DNA from: a virus
Taxonomy: Duplodnaviria > Heunggongvirae > Uroviricota > Caudoviricetes
DNA: 25,327 nt
Virus record (IMG/VR): IMGVR_UViG_2671180357_000004
Span: 1-25,327 of that record
Strand: one strand, 5' to 3'
This document shows, piece after piece, positions 24,538 to 25,327 of the stretch (the stretch's first letter is position 1; each line of letters opens with the position of its first letter). Position numbers and translations under genes: made by a program. The notes under the pieces were generated by a model, which had not been told where the DNA came from, ran no database searches, and worked only from the letters and a program-made list of their open reading frames with translations.

Positions 24538-25136
24538 AACCACTGTAGAGAGTAAAAAGGCTCACTATCCACTGTAGTGAGCCTTTTTGTTTATCGGAAA
24601 TGCAATATCCACTGTAGTGAGTAAAAGAAACCGAAGAATAACCACTGTAGGCAGTGCGCACAAATCGCGAAGTAAATGTTAGTGGTTGCAAACATAGATA
24701 AAACAAGGGCTGAGAGGTTAGCGGTCACTGGGTATCTCTGTTAAGTCTACTCTCTACAGCGGTTATCGTCGCTCTCCTCATTGTTGACTATCCACTGTGA
24801 AGAGCAGAATTGGCTGACTTGACCTCTATCCACTGTAGTGAGTGGATATCCGTTTAAAACAGCGAAGATTTACTCTCCATAGTGGATATCCGCTGGAGGG
24901 GGCATTCCATCACTCTCTATAGTGGTTGTTTGTAGTCAGTGAACGCCTGTTTACTCACTACAGTGTATAGCGACCCCGATAATCACCAATTTACTCACTA
25001 CAGTGGATAGTTGATATCGTGGCAGAGGGTTTGCTCACTACAGTGGTTGGGGTGCATACCTGAAGGGTGTTCTACTCGCTACAGTGGTTATGAGCCGGAT
25101 TCACACGCGGTGAGCTGGCTACTCACCGCAGTGGAT
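24538..25136. repeat. Downstream iteron field: 14 copies (6 direct, 8 inverted relative to the upstream arrays)
   Basis: Direct at 24538, 24567, 24607, 24640, 24790, 24828; inverted at 24749, 24872, 24912, 24953, 24993, 25033, 25074, 25121; the inverted run 24872-25121 has 40-41 bp spacing. Confidence 0.85.
24559..24591 (+). terminator. Rho-independent terminator of repA with an iteron embedded in the stem-loop
   Basis: GGCTCACTA-tccactg-TAGTGAGCC followed by TTTTTGTTT; stem/loop contains iteron ATCCACTGTAGTGAGC. Confidence 0.6.
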
Positions 25137-25327
25137 AGTGTTATCAGTGGATTTTCTTCAGCAGACCCCAGAGTGTCCCGGCCTTCGTTGCGAGCTTACC
25201 TGTTTCCGGATCGTACATGTGCCATTCACGTCGCTGGTGGACAATATACCCATCTTCACGTTCCAGTCGTTCCAGTACGCCGGACTGCTTGAACCCTTTG
25301 GCACGCCAGGTGATGCTGCCAACTTAC

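Noticed and set aside
22935-25136. CRISPR array
   Set aside because: Repeats are 16-21 bp units with about 21 or 40 bp periodicity, variable sequence and mixed orientation, flanking a repA gene: iterons, not CRISPR repeat-spacer units.
25011-25292. 93-aa + strand ORF and a short open - strand frame at the right edge (about 25153-25323)
   Set aside because: The + ORF runs through the inverted iteron field; the - strand frame has no start codon and is bounded by the window edge. Possibly the 3' end of a gene whose start lies outside the window, not callable here.

Overview
The window is a junction between a plasmid-type Type IC restriction-modification module and a long, leftward-transcribed phage-like gene block, ending in an iteron-type plasmid replicon. 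The R-M module (1-4078, + strand) holds the 3' part of hsdS, with a TAEL x2 spacer repeat, and a complete 1038-codon EcoR124-family hsdR. The phage-like block (about 4100-22750, almost all on the - strand) encodes a Rha/antirepressor-like regulator, RNase HI, a Dam-like N6-adenine methyltransferase, a DnaQ-like exonuclease, a dNMP-kinase-like P-loop protein, DHFR, thymidylate synthase, a RuvC-like resolvase, an AP2-like protein and an SbcC/SbcD-like pair. The replicon (22800-25150) is a RepFIB/P1-like repA flanked by 25 iteron copies, GATC clusters and DnaA-box-like sequences. Gene content plus replicon fit a phage-plasmid of the SSU5/pHCM2 kind; this and all family names are from motif reading and memory, with no database search. 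The most notable signals are: a single AT-rich, opposite-strand gene with a C-terminal HNH nuclease core inside the nucleotide-metabolism cluster; a perfect palindrome AAACAA(A/T)TTGTTT upstream of three consecutive genes; an AT-rich dyad motif (core GGTAAGTACTTACC) at eight gene junctions; a 26-nt perfect pyrimidine-purine tract in a roughly 530-bp non-coding region; and a duplicated origin module. Start codons are chosen by RBS inspection and are often downstream of the six-frame track start, which appears to count GTG/TTG as starts.
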